Position numbers and translations under genes: made by a program. A DNA stretch of 63,967 nt, the filler included, from Octopus bimaculoides (lineage: Eukaryota), in the NCBI RefSeq assembly GCF_001194135.2. It is 4 parts of 4 records of this genome, joined end to end, with 100 filler letters (N's around TTAATTAATTAA, not from the genome) between each part and the next. Parts side by side here need not be neighbours in the genome. Positions count along the whole stretch, not along the records: positions 1 to 31,600 come from NC_069005.1; positions 31,701 to 60,968 come from NC_068995.1; 2 more parts are not named here. The stretch is one strand, 5' to 3'. The notes beneath the pieces were generated by a model. That model did not search any database. It was not told the DNA's origin and saw only the letters and a list, made by a program, of their open reading frames with translations. Below, piece after piece: positions 25,214 to 38,312 of the stretch. Each line of letters starts with the position of its first letter. Position 1 is the first letter of the stretch.

Positions 25214-26519
25214 CTGCAAAGACAGAAACATATTTTGAAAAATACCAATAAAATAAAAGTGAAGCATGTAACCATATTGTCGTTGTATTGTTTAACCCCA
25301 GGTCAGCCCAAGTGCTGCATAAGTCTGATCAAAGATCTTCTCATCATGACCATCTTTTTTTGTCTTTTATTCAAACAAAGTGATGCAATGTTTTTTCACC
25401 TCAGGTTAGTTCTGATCCAGATTTCTAATTTAAAAATATTCCAACTGGGACCATCACAGCTTTTATTCAGATATAGTGTATCTAAGACTACATATTTTCT
25501 CTTCTTCCTTGTTGTTCAACCTCAGGTTAGCAATGAGCCGTCTGATCAAAGGTGTTCCAGCCATAACTATCCTGTCTTTTTATATAATTATGACTACATT
25601 CAAGGAAAACTGCTATTTCTACCAAGTTTAACAACTGCACAGAAGGCTCTCCTCTCACCTCATTGTTATGTTGAAGGTGTTATCATTATTTAATCCTAGT
25701 TCAGCCTTCATCAAGCAACCATAACTATTCTTCCTTTTGGAACTACATCATCCAGTGTATTCCTCCTTTATTTCAGTCAGTATGGTGATTTGAGAGAGAA
25801 CTAGCTGCCCTTTCTAGGTCAAGTAACTGTTGTATTAATGAAGTTATTCTTTTGCATGCATTATTCTTATCTCCTGTTTCTATTCCTCTCTCACATTCTA
25901 ACCTCTCATCACCTGGCACAAGGCCACATCCTCCTATGACCCCACTCCTCAAAGGCTCTTTGTCTTGCAAGTTACTTGGTGACCCTGCCAGTGCTGGTGC
26001 CATGTAAAAAGCATCCAGTCAACTCTGTGGGGTGGCAGGTGTTAAAACCATTCCAAAACAGACAGTGAAGCCTGGTGCAGTCTTCTACCTAGCCAGCTCC
26101 TGTCAAACCATCTAACCCATGACAGCATGGAAAATGGATGCTAAATGATGATGATGATGATGATTTTAATCAAGCAAAAAGGCTCTGTGGACATTTGACT
26201 TGCAAAAAATAGTAGCCAAATTAGCCTTAAAGAACATGCTGGATGATATTGTCCTGGAATCCCTGCACATAGAAAAAAAATAGAATGGTCATGACTGGAG
26301 TGCTTTTCATCAGATGCCTATGAAATCAAGTTTGACCTGGGATTAAAACAATAACATCTCAATACTCTTGCTGTAATTTCATCAAAGGTCAACTTTGTCT
26401 TTTGCCCTCTTGGGTTAAGATAAAGTACCAATCACATACTGAGAATTGAATACACAGACACACACACACACATAGGTAAAGTAAAAGTAAGTTACTCTCT
26501 CAACTAACTTAGCTTTACC

Positions 26520-28060
26520 CAATAGAAGTCTACTTTTAGCCAAGTATCTCCCTGCAGTTGTCTCACTAGGAAGATTGTATTTGTGGTGTCTCTACAGAGA
26601 ACAATGCCAAACTACATCTTATCCAGGTCTACTCTATCATAGATCAATTAGACAATGACTCTCTCCTTGATCTTTATAACTTGGTCTAATAGTTTGATTC
26701 CTCTGAATAATTACTTCTCTCTGAGGCATAACCTCTGCCCTTGTTGTAATTTATAATGATAGTGTGATGCCATTCACTAGATGTCACACCTTCCTGAATG
26801 ATTTGATGGTGATAATCTTGTATCATACTTCCCCAGATATTTTAAGCATCTCCACAACTATCTTCAATGGGCCTACACCTTCTCTCTCATATCCTTGTTT
26901 ACTTTATCTACTACACTGCTGTCAACTTGAATAACAGGTCCCTGTATGGTATCAACATGGGGTAATTGCTCTTTATTCTATGCATTCTCCACCTTCAGCA
27001 GCTTTTCATAATAGCACATTCACATCAGTTTCTTTTGTTCTATATCAACAGTGAATTTGTTTTCATCATTCCAAAAACACTTCTCACCAATTATTTCTCA
27101 GTTCTCACTCACACATTGTCACACAATCATGAACACTTCACACCTTTGATCCTCAAGCTGCAGTACTTATGAAAATCTGTTCCTTTCTACTTTGCCTTTA
27201 GCCAAGTACAACTAATACCTAGATGTCCATCTAGTCATTAAGTAACGCTCCTTACTATCACCATATTCCTAGACTTTTCAAGCCTGTCTCTTAGTCTGAA
27301 CTACTCTATCAACTTTATCATTCCACTATGATGTTATTTTTGGCTTAGCTAGAACTTTGCTCCAACCACATGCCTGATCTGTAGCCATATTTTGTGGAAA
27401 TTCCCAGATGTCAACAATGCTACAGGTTTCTAAATCTTTTCCCTATAGTCATATGCATCATTTAAATTTTCTCTAAATATAGTCCCACTTGCTGGATCTT
27501 TTAGATTCCATGCCTTCCTTCTCCATACCATCTTTTGTTTGCGTCTGCCAAGTATTAGAGCATTCTTCACCAGGAAAGGTTTTGATACTCACAGTAACCC
27601 TTCTGTCAAATTTCCTGGTGAAAATATAATCTATCTGATGTGTGTGCATCAGACTTGTAGATGACATGGTGGCTGTCTGGTTTCTTAAAGTTGGTGTTGC
27701 AAATTGTTAGATCAGTTACATCAAAGAACTTCAGAAGCCTTACATGCCCTCATTCTCAAGCTATAACCATAGCCTCCATGTACATTAGCAAAAGCCATCA
27801 ATGTGTTGGCCAACATGGTCATTAAAGTCACCAGCAACAATAATGTGGTCACTGTCAATGAGTTTGCAGAAGGGACTCATAAAAGTGATATCTGTTCTTC
27901 TGGCAGTGCCGCTTGTGGGGTGTATGCCAAGATAAATGTTGCCTATAATTAGTCTCAATTTATCCTATTGCATACCCTGCCTACCACAATAACTTAGTTT
28001 ATCTATCCCTCAGCTAACAGTATGCCTACACCATCTCTGTCTCACTATTGCTCAAGCTTA
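26520..28060 (-). mobile_element. RTE LINE endonuclease/linker fragment
   Basis: DHIIVAGDFNDHVG and HQIDYIFTRK...KTFPGEEC (APE endonuclease motifs), degraded. Confidence 0.75.
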
Positions 28061-28279
28061 GACTAGTCTTGAAAAATACATTTACTTCTGCACGTGCTCC
28101 TCAACTGGGATTTGCAGATAAACAACAGGAAGAATGTTGTCCCCAGCTTTTCCTAACTGAATTATGGTCCACGATTCCTCTAAAATTGATTCGTCCCTTT
28201 GCTTCTTTTATTACTTATCTCCCCCATAATTTTTATTTACTTTTTTAATGTAACCAAACTGAACAATTACCTTCTTCTT

Positions 28280-28353
<74 letters not shown>

Positions 28354-28356
28354 GAT

Positions 28357-28574
28357 TAAGGCAGCGAGCTGGCGAATCGTTAGCACGCCGGGTTAGCGGT
28401 ATTTCGTCTGCTGCTACGTTCTGAGTTCAAATTCCGCCGAGGTCGACTTTACCTTTCATCTTTTCGGGGTCGATTAAATAAGTACCAGTTACGTACTAGG
28501 TCGATGCAACCGACAATCCGCCTCCCTCAAATTTTAGGCCTTGTGCCTATATTAGAAAGGATTATTATTATTAC
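28357..28574 (+). mobile_element. SINE family A, near-consensus copy
   Basis: Full head-to-(att)n copy, preceded by a (CTT)n(ATT)n microsatellite at 28269-28352. Confidence 0.85.
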
Positions 28575-28803
28575 AACCGGCTAGAAATCTCGACACCGTA
28601 AACGAAACTGCCTTAATTTTAAAGTATGAAAATATACTTCGTCGTTATTTAAAGAATGCGTTATATAATAATAAAAACCTAAAGCATTTCTTCTTGTTGC
28701 TATTATCATATTCCTGATTAATTTGATATTTCTTGACAGATAAATCTAACAAACTGAAGAAAGAAAATATAATGAAATATATAGAAGATAAAACAGAACT
28801 TAC

Positions 28804-28843
28804 TCGAACGGCAAACCGTCGAACAGCGTGGTATGAGTGACAT
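28804..28843 (-). CDS. POLRMT: Mitochondrial RNA polymerase, coding exon 1 (start of targeting peptide)
   Basis: ATG at 28843 reads MSLIPRCSTVCRS+A, then GTAAGT donor. Phase 1 matches exon 2. Peptide is Arg/Ser-rich with no acidic residues, like a mitochondrial presequence. Confidence 0.8.
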
Positions 28844-28844
28844 A

Positions 28845-28910
28845 TTATTGTCGGATGAAACGTCCAGCTTGTAGCATCACAGAGCTGAAGAAGTTAAGCG
28901 GGACAGACAT
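28845..28910 (-). promoter_or_regulatory. Candidate uORF (21 aa) abutting the POLRMT start
   Basis: ATG 28910 gives MSVPLNFFSSVMLQAGRFIRQ-TAA, then one T, then the POLRMT ATG. Relevant only if the TSS lies upstream of 28910. Confidence 0.45.
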
Positions 28911-29389
28911 TGTGTGTTGGCTGACACAATTATTTATCAAGTTCGAAGAAGATGGTGGTGATACATAAACACCACTACAGGATGCTCTATTACCTCGTGG
29001 TTCAAGTAAAAACAAACTTCACGTCTGGGTACATGTATGACAGCCAGGTTAAGAAGAAGTGGTAAAGAAAAGGTAACATAGAGAAATTCCAACTTCGGCT
29101 AGAGAACTGTATAACGTAAGAACTTCAACGGTTCAACTGAATTAATTTAGAGCGATACTGCATGTGTTCAAACGACACAACCTTGGCTTAGAGGACACTA
29201 AGTGAAAGATCTTCAGATCATAATGGAGTAGGAAAAAAATCGAGAGTTACGTCCCTTAGAGAGAACCCGCTTCTCTCCCCTCCTTTATTTCTCTTTCGTT
29301 GGCTAACCACAGTTACTTTGATCCTTCTCCTGACAATAACGTTTATTATCTTCCCACATCAGTTCTGGTTGAAACCTGGTGATCAGGAA

Positions 29390-31290
29390 AAACCGAAGAT
29401 AATTAAACTCTCAACTAAACCTCTTTCAAGCACAAAGATAGACATCCTCTCAAAAGGGTTAAAATTCACCCCAACACCACGCAGAGTCAACCAAAATGAA
29501 GTGAAGGACAGTATAATAGAATTCAGTAAAAAATTAAGACTCACAGAAGCATTAACCTATTACAATACTGAAGATGACTCATTAGTCAAAAACAAAAGTG
29601 AACACATCTCCCACAAAGGAAGAAATAAAAAGTTTGATGAATTCTGCAACCACATTGAGAACTTCTCCTACCACACCATACATAAACAGACAATTAACTC
29701 AAACTTTAGCACTACACAATGGAAGGGACTAACAGAACTTCAAAATAATGAAGATATTACGATTAAGGAAGCAGATAAAGGAAATGCAGTTGTAGTAATG
29801 GACACATTATACTATAAAAATCTAGTCATTTCCATGCTTGATGACTATCAACATTACGAAAAAATCACAAAAAAATAAGGAAAACCCTGTCCTCACTAAT
29901 TAAAACCCATGGAAAAGAACTGACAACCAAAGAAATCGACTATTTAAGAAACTTTAAATGCAAACCTAGCCTTTTCTAAGGTCTACCAAAAATCTACAAA
30001 AGCCAGACTACAAATGAAACCATTAAAAAATCACCAAAGACATACATACACCAAACCCAGGGGACCTAAAATTACGATCCATTATAGCTGGCCCAGCCTG
30101 TGAAACACACAGACTAAGTCTATTTATGGACATCCGCCTGAAACCCTTCCTTAAACACATCAATAGCTATATCAGAGATAACTTGGACAAGTTAAATCAC
30201 CTCCCAAAAAAAGTCAAGGAAGAAACAATCATGGTTTCATTTGATGTAATTAACTTATATACTAGTATACCTAATAATTATGGGCTAGAGGCAATTCAGT
30301 TCTGGCTGGAGCAATATCTGGAAGAAATACCGGAAAGGATCAGCAAAGAATTCATAATTGAATCGGTTGAATTCATCATACGAAACAACCACTTCATGTT
30401 TGACAACATGTTTTATCGACAAAAATTTGGAATTGCCATAGGCACTAGGGCAGCCCCGGTCATTGTGAACCTAACAATGGGCTATAATAATAATATACCA
30501 GGAATCCTTATCTACCCTTGGAAACCCTCTTTCCCAATACATAAATGAAAATTGGAAAAGATTCCTAGACAACTGTTTCATCCTCTGGAATGAAAACACA
30601 GACAAACTCCTGGAATTCAAAAGACTGTTGAACAGCGTCAACCCATCCATACAGTTCCCAATGGAATACAACCAAAAGGAGCTCCCATTCTTGGATATAC
30701 TAATTAAAAAAATAAACCTAAAAATAGGAACAGACATATTTTACAAAACCACAGACGCCAAACAATATCTATTTAATTCATGCCACCCAAGACACACCAA
30801 AACAAACATCCCCTTCAACCTTGTACGAAGGATATGCACAATAGTGTCAGAAAAAAATACCAGAGACTTTAGACTGCAAGAACTCAAAAACACACTGATT
30901 GACAGACACTACCCAGTTCAACTCATAGAAGATGGAATCAGATGTGCAACACAATTATTGCTCAGACGCAGATGCACTCTGCCCCGATAGCAGATTGCAT
31001 TCCCAGAATACAGAATGATACCTTTTAGTGAACACTGAGAGATGCGCAAAGCAACTGTTACCACAATTTATAATCTTTCCATTTTATCAATGTGCCATTG
31101 GAACAACAACGCAAGTTAGATTAAATAAGAAACCTACTTCATTGAAAACTATAAGCCAAAACTTAACTATTTCTAGCATTTTTCAATAAAGAAACTTACC
31201 TCATTGAAAAAATATAAAGCAAAACTTAACTACTTCTAACATTCTATTCTTTCTAAACCAAATCATGTTAAATTAATAAAACCTAGTCAT
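29390..31290 (+). mobile_element. Penelope-like retroelement (RT plus C-terminal half of GIY-YIG), degenerate
   Basis: LSKGLKFTPTP, IKEADKGNAVVVMD, SFDVINLYTSIP, QKFGIAIGT, RFLDN, LPFLDILI, HPRHTKTNIPF, then RRRCTLPR*QI..SEH, FIIFPFY, ETYFIENYKPKLN. Stops, frameshifts and an internal deletion near 30945. Confidence 0.9.
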
Positions 31291-31561
31291 TCTCAACATT
31301 TTTAATTATCTCCCTTATACCGAAAAAAATTCATGATTACCTTCCCCTGTCTGTAACTCTCATACTTCACATCATAGCGAAGAGATGACACAATATCAGT
31401 AAAGAAATCTAAGAAATTTGAAAAGAAAATGCAAAACCGGTTATTTCTCCAAAAACAATGTTACTATACACAAAATTTTATAACATTTTCTAATATAACG
31501 ATTTAAATATACTCTTTAACCATATAACACAGGTCTTCTCTAGTTTTTTCACTCTATTTTG

Positions 31562-31600
<39 letters not shown>

Positions 31601-31839
31601 NNNNNNNNNNNNNNNNNNNNNNNNNNNNNNNNNNNNNNNNNNNNTTAATTAATTAANNNNNNNNNNNNNNNNNNNNNNNNNNNNNNNNNNNNNNNNNNNN
31701 TATATATATATATATATATATATATTATCCCCACTTAAATGTGGATGTTCTGTTAGGATAAACTATACTGGAGGTTCCCAACCCGGGATCCGCAAAGTTA
31801 GTACTTGGGGTCTGTGAACTAAATTTAAAATTTCATCGC

Positions 31840-32195
31840 AGGAGTGGCTGTGTCGTAAGTAGCTTGCTTACCAACCACATGGTTCCAGGTTCAGTCCCAC
31901 TGTGTGGCACCTTGGGCAACTGTCTTCTACTATAGCCTCAGGCTGATCAAAGCCTTGTGAGTAGATTTGCTGGATGGAAACTGAAAGACACCCGTTGTAT
32001 GTGTGTGTGTATGTATTTGTCCCCCCACCATTACTTGACAACCAACGTTACATCCTTGTAACTTAGTGGTTTGGCAAAAGAAACCGATAGAATAAGTACT
32101 AGGCTTACAAAAAATAAGTCCTGAGGTCGATTTGTTCAACTAAAGGCAGTGCTCCAGCATGGCTGCAGTCAAATGACTAAAACAAATAAAAGAAT
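31840..32195 (+). mobile_element. tRNA-headed SINE family B (representative copy)
   Basis: gtggctgtgt(g)gtaag...ggttcagtcccactg...aaagccttgtgagt...gatagaataagtact...cagcatggc. Other copies at about 17985(+), 35915-36440(-), 40495(-), 42320-42755(-), 44275(-), 47140(+), 51970(+), 57420-58235(+), 60205(+), 62575(-). Confidence 0.85.
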
Positions 32196-32939
32196 ATATA
32201 TATATATATAAATAAGGGTGTGGACTTGGAGAAAGCCTTTGACAGGGTCCTCCGATCCCTTATCTGGTGGGCAATGCGGAAACTGGGGATTGATGGATGG
32301 TTAATAAGGTAATTGTTTTGGCTCTTTGCATTTTAAATTCAAATCCTGTGGAGGTTAATGTTGGCTTTCATTCTCCTTAGGTTGATATCACTAGCAGGGA
32401 GATAAATTACCACTACCTGCAGCGCTGAAATCACCCAATCACGTAATTTCAACTTTTCTTGGTCTTGTCAATGAGGGATACTTAGTCGCTAGAGATAGCA
32501 GCAACTCATTGTGGTAATTGTTTTGGCTCTTTGCATTTTAAATTCAAAGTCTGCAGAGGTCAATGTTGGCTTTCATTCTTCTTGGGTTGATAAGCTCCAC
32601 CTAAGGGGTTGTCCTGGTGCCAGGCAAACACATCTGTGCTGGTACTGTGTAAAAGCTCTCAGTACACTCTGATAACTAGGAACAAGAGTGTGTTGATGTA
32701 TTATTTATTTGGTTTCATTCAGCTACACACTGTGAAGGTGAATACCATCAGCTGTCTGAACTCCTGTCTAACCAGAAGTCCCTTTTCTGCAGACTAGCTC
32801 ACTAGTTAGCATGCAGTGAAGTTCCTGCCTACAGTTTGTCTGTTATCAGTCCTTGGGTGGTACCCTACAATGTAATGTTTTCAAAATTTTAAGTTTTGTC
32901 ATGTAGATATATGTAATTTGTGTCAGTTTCTTGTACATT

Positions 32940-34650
32940 GAATTCTGATATAATTCTGATGCCATTTGAAAGGTGTCTAGAAAATTTCATTAAAAGATAC
33001 CATTTTTCTGAAAGTTATGAGGAAACAAAATTGGCTTGTATGAATTATTCAAAACTCCTCCTTTTCCACCACGGAATAGATTTTTAACAAATTCCAATAT
33101 AATCATAATGCACACCATCTGAAAGTTATTTGTAGAAAAGTTCATTAAAAATATCAATTGTTTGAAAGTAATGAGGAAACAAAGTATGTGGGGGAGGGGA
33201 AGGAACACTTGTGTAGGTGAACTCCAAGCAAAACTGACCCTTGAATATATTCCTCCAGTGCGTCTCAATTGTGATATGGTAAGAGTGTGTCGAGATACCT
33301 CTCCCATTATACACCTTGTAACACATTGCTGAAAGCCCATTGCTCATGTAGCAACTTTCTTGGTTGTGCTTAAGAATATATTTTTATAATCATTTTCTAC
33401 ATTTGTTAGAGGACCAACTCCATAGACATTCATTATATTTTGTCTTGCTGCAATGCCAACAGGTATTGCAAAGGTTTGCATTAATTTACTTTGCTATTTG
33501 GAATTTGTCTACTATGGAGACAAACAACAAATGTGACTTTGACCCCAAAAAACTTCGGAGGAGAAAGAAAAAAGAAAAAATACTGTTTGTTAATTCCAAA
33601 ACTCCGTTGTCCAAACTTTCTCTCCCTTTATTAGACGATGGGTTGTAATTGGAAGTAAGTTTGACTGCTATTTCTAGCAGGTTGAACGACTGCATAAATG
33701 TTCCTTCGTTGGCTCCTGCTGTTAATGTTTAGATCCAGATGAGCTTTGAATGAGATGACCAAAAGCGTTTCAGTTCAGTTAGTGTATCTAGGATTGTTAT
33801 CGAAGAATGTAGGGTATGATTTGAGGGAAATTTGGCTGTTATTTTTAGAGGGTCTAGCGGCCAAGTAGCAAACAGCATGGGAAGATGTGATTTTGTAAGG
33901 TTGACTTGGCATAAACATAAATATAAGGCCTTTGGCAAGTGGGCTCCCTCCAACTTTGTTTCCTCATAACGTTCTGAAAAATGGACATTTCAAAATGAAA
34001 TTTTCTACAAATATCTTTCTGTTGTAGATGACGATTATATCGGAATTTGTCGTGAAAAAAAGAAAAAAGTTCGGAGGTCGTGGGAGAAGAGTTTCGTATA
34101 ACTCGCAAGACACTATTTTGTTTCCTCATAACTTTCACAAAAATAGGTATTGTTTAACCATTATGACATCAATCTACATGTGACATAAACTTACCATTAT
34201 AAAGTGATATAAATCTTGATCTTCCACCAAAATTTAATGTTAATTTGTTCCTAATACTAGCTTAATAATGACTAAATTATTTAAATCTTTTATTATTTTT
34301 TTAAAGTCAATTGAACAAAGAGTTTATTTCAACAGAAATATGGTAAGAAAAAAGTTGATGAAATTTTCTACAATTACCTTTCAGGTATAGATTACGATTA
34401 TACCGGAATTTAATGTGTAAAAAATAAAAAAAAAATGGTTGGCGCGCACATATACACATACTGACACACGTTATAAATGAAAATTTTGAAATAACTCGTG
34501 TGTCACTAAGTATGTGTACGCGCCGAACAATTTTTGTTTATCGCGTCAAATTCCGATATAATCGTAATATACACCATCTGAAAGGTACTCGTAGAAAATT
34601 TCTTTAAAAAAATACCAATTTCTTGTCTAAGTTATGAGGAAACAAAATCA
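32940..34650. repeat. Cluster of ~100-bp units in both orientations, including a ~270-bp imperfect palindrome
   Basis: Unit aaattccgatataatc...gaaag...gtagaaaatttc...aagttatgaggaaacaaa at about 32940(+), 33090(+), 33955(-), 34350(-) and 34550(+). Confidence 0.75.
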
Positions 34651-34862
34651 GGGTGGGGTATAGTTGAGAAGGTATCCTGTATGCGACCCATGAGGTATAT
34701 TAATTAACAAGTGCTTGTTACCCAATTAGCAGTTATTACGCCCCTTGGTGATAATATTATCACAGAACTGAAAAATGTGAAGGACACGGAGCAAACGGTA
34801 AAAAAAACACACAACCAATCACCACCAACTTATTTATTTACTGCTGTACTTCTTTTTCAAAG

Positions 34863-34952
34863 ATGGCAGCGGACAAGATGCAATCTTCAGAAATTGACTG
34901 GAATTATCCAAATTTATTTACAAAAGAAAGACTTTTAAAGGTTATAAAATCG
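34863..34952 (+). CDS. C2orf49: Ashwin homolog, coding exon 1
   Basis: aagATGG start, MAADKMQSSEIDWNYPNLFTKERLLKVIKS, donor GTGAGT, phase 0. Resembles the Ashwin N-terminal LLHPELLSQEFLLLTLEQK segment. Confidence 0.8.
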
Positions 34953-37900
34953 GTGAGTTACTGTTGGTGAACCAAGGCATATTTAGTCCTATTCAAATGA
35001 GTTAATGCAAATGTAATTCTAATGTATTCATTGCATTTACCGTCGATGCAGACACCGCATCGTTTCCTTTCTTTTTCTATCTCGACTCACGTCTCACACG
35101 ACTAATTAAAATAGTCAACTATAAACTTAAATAACAATCATGATCATATTTGCCTTTTCCTGTTAATTAGTTAATCTGTTGTACTGAAACGGCTTGAGTC
35201 GTTCTACATTAATTAATGTTTCCCAACACAGAAATAATTCTTATGTTTTTATTTCTATGTTAACCCTTCATGACGAACTGCTATTACTCCGTGAAATATA
35301 GATTATATTGTAAACAATATAAAGGTACCTTTTCTATAGATTCATTTGATTTAGCCTATGTCAGCTTTTTATGAAGCAAACTTAAAAGCAACCCAACCGT
35401 GACCGCATCAATTTTTTTTTTACCATTCTCTGTATCAAATGCCACGTTTTCCGTTGTTTCAATAAAAATGACGGGAGGATATTATTTTAGGGATATTTGG
35501 TTGCTATTTTTAATAGAGCAGAGGTAAGTGAAAAACTAAGGGTGAAATGTAGGGATGTAAAGAGCATCTAAACGAATTTTTAATTTCACAAATTCATGAG
35601 TGTACAGCTTATATTAAATTACTGCTTCGGTCTGAAGGCTCATCACTTTTTAAAATCGACCTTTAAAAATCATCAGCGAACAGTTTCAAATTTGAATGCG
35701 GGCGAAATTTCGCGGGGGCTTTTACATCAGGTGTTTTCTCCTCTTGGTAGAGAAGTCCCCTCTTTAGTTCGTGTATTATAGCACTGGCGGTGCCACAGCC
35801 TCAAGGCTGAAACATATAAAAGAATAATGTATTTAAAAACGAAAGATTTGAACACAATAACGAAAGTGATCTATATGCAATAATGAAAATGTTAAATGTT
35901 TCAGTTTTTAACGGTTAAAATGTAATTATCTTGTTTTATTCATAGAACTGCGGCCGTGCTGGGGCACTGCCTCGAACGGTTTTTTCGAGCAAATCGAACC
36001 CAGTACTTATTTTTAAAGTTTGGTATCTTTTATCTTGTTTCAGTCATTAGACCGCGGCCATGTTTGAGCACTGCTTTGAAGTTTTAGTCAAATGAATCGA
36101 CCCCAGTACTTATTTTTTAAGCCTGGTACTTATTCTATCACTCTTGCTGAACTGCTAAGTTAGGGGGACGTAAACACGCCAACACCGGTTGTCAAGTTGT
36201 GAAGGGGGTGACAAACACAGACACAAAGATACACACACATAAATATATATACATACATATATATATCTAGATATATATTTATATACGACGGACTTTTCAG
36301 TTTCCGTCTACCAGATCCACTCACAAGGCTTTGGTTGGCCCGAGGCTATAGTAGAAGACACTTGTCCAAGGTGCCACACAGTAGAATTGGGATCATGTGG
36401 TTGGGAAGCAAGCTTCTTACCACACAGCCACTCCTGTGCCTAGGGAAAAAAATTATATTCAGGTTGCACTGCAGCACATCTAGCATCATCTTATGGCACA
36501 CCAGTGTGCCACAGCATATCGGTTGCGGAGCACTGGTCTAGTGATTAGACCAACCCTGATACTTATTGACCTAAGATGGATGAAAGGCTTAGTCAATTGA
36601 AATAGGATTTGAGCTTAGAATGTGCAGGGACATGCAATACCACAAGGCATCTTGTTTGGAAATCTATTACTTTTTCACTGGCCAGATCCGACCAAAATAT
36701 TCTACCCGTTTTATGTTCAAACCAGCTAGATCTAGCCTCTTACACCTACCATACAATGTAATTCTGAAAACAAACAATCACATCATCATATTTTCAAAGC
36801 TGTGAGATAATGTGATTAATTTGAATCATTGTGAATAAATGAATATTACAGTTGATGAAGTAATCTGAATGCTAAACAGTTAATAAAGAATCTCATTTTG
36901 TTCTCTTTAAGTCACCATCTGGCTTGGGTGTGCCTGACTTGTTCATACAACTTACCATGATCTGTCAGCATCTCATATCTGTTCAGAGCTGTAGGTGAAG
37001 TTTTTTTTTTTTTTGGTAGACTGGCCTGCAAGATTAGGTTTAACCCATTACCTCCCATAATTCTATTAACTGGAATTTTTTTTATGAAACTTTGATTTCT
37101 AGCATAAAACAGCCTTAGAAACATGCTGGAATGATCAAAATAACATTTTAAGTAGAAATAAGCGAGATATTGGGTGAAAAATTAGCAAACCTCATTCGAA
37201 TATCAGAGAAATATACCTAGTAGATATAGCAAAAAGGTTAGATATGTGTAAATATTGACAGATAACTACGAAATTTGTAATTAAGTGATTTCATATGAGA
37301 TCACTGGTAGGTAATGGGTTAAGCACCATCACACCATTTCTTTCAAAATGTAAGCTAGCTCCCTTTTGTAAGTATATACTTGCTCACAACACAAAAAATG
37401 GTGATATTGATAATCCAAGCAACTTGATTGTAGTGGAAAGTGTTTATATTTTTTGGCCCTTCCATATGGAAATATGTTGAACAGAAGAGAGAAGATAATA
37501 GGGGTTTTGGTAGTATTGGAAGGAGCATTTTTTTTACAGGTATTTGGTAAGTATCCAAGCCATTGGCCCTACAATAACACTGCTTCCCCAAAGGTTATAC
37601 TTAATCTAGACTAGACACATCATTTTTGATAATTTTCAGTCTGGTCTATTTCAACACTCTTGTCTGCTTTCTATTCTTGTACCAAAGACAAGTGACCATT
37701 CTTGCATTGCAGCCTTGAATTATTCATATAATTCACATGACCGTACCAGTGGAATTACTGTTTCTTACTTAATTTAGAAACAGCTGGCTGGCAAAACTAG
37801 TTCATCAAATGTGATGTTTTTGCAGATGATTAATCTACAATGCTCGCAAGATGTGCCAACTTTGAAAAACTTCCAATAGATCCAATTATCCCATATGGAT

Positions 37901-38312
37901 AATTTATTGTGTGATTTTTACGCTGATATTAATTATTGAAATTATTATAGACTGAAGTGGGTCTCATAGGGCACAAGCATTGTGTTTATATATCATTTCT
38001 TATTTCTTTATTGCCCACAAGGGGCTAAACATAGAGGGATTAAGTCGATTTCATCAACCCCAGTGCGTAACTGGTACTTAATTTATTGACCCCGAAAGGA
38101 TGAAAGGCAAAGTCGACCTCAGCGGGATTTGAACTCAGAACGTGATGGCAGACGAAATACCGCTAAACATTTCGCCTGGTGTGCTAACATTTCTGCCAGC
38201 TTGCTGCCTTGTTTATGTATCATTTCTAGAGGAAGACAGTCTGTAGAACTCATGCTTATGGGATTCTTAAGAAATGGCTAAGTGGGTATGCTTCTGGACT
38301 ACAAACTTGTAA

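Noticed and set aside
28357-28450. tRNA gene-like A/B boxes in many repeats
   Set aside because: These are SINE heads with no complete cloverleaf and they continue into SINE body and tail.
31601-31700. Palindromic TTAATTAATTAA isolated within Ns (also at 61013 and 62891)
   Set aside because: Same layout of about 44 N + 12-mer + 44 N = 100 bp each time, with stops in all six frames. This is an assembly spacer, not biology.
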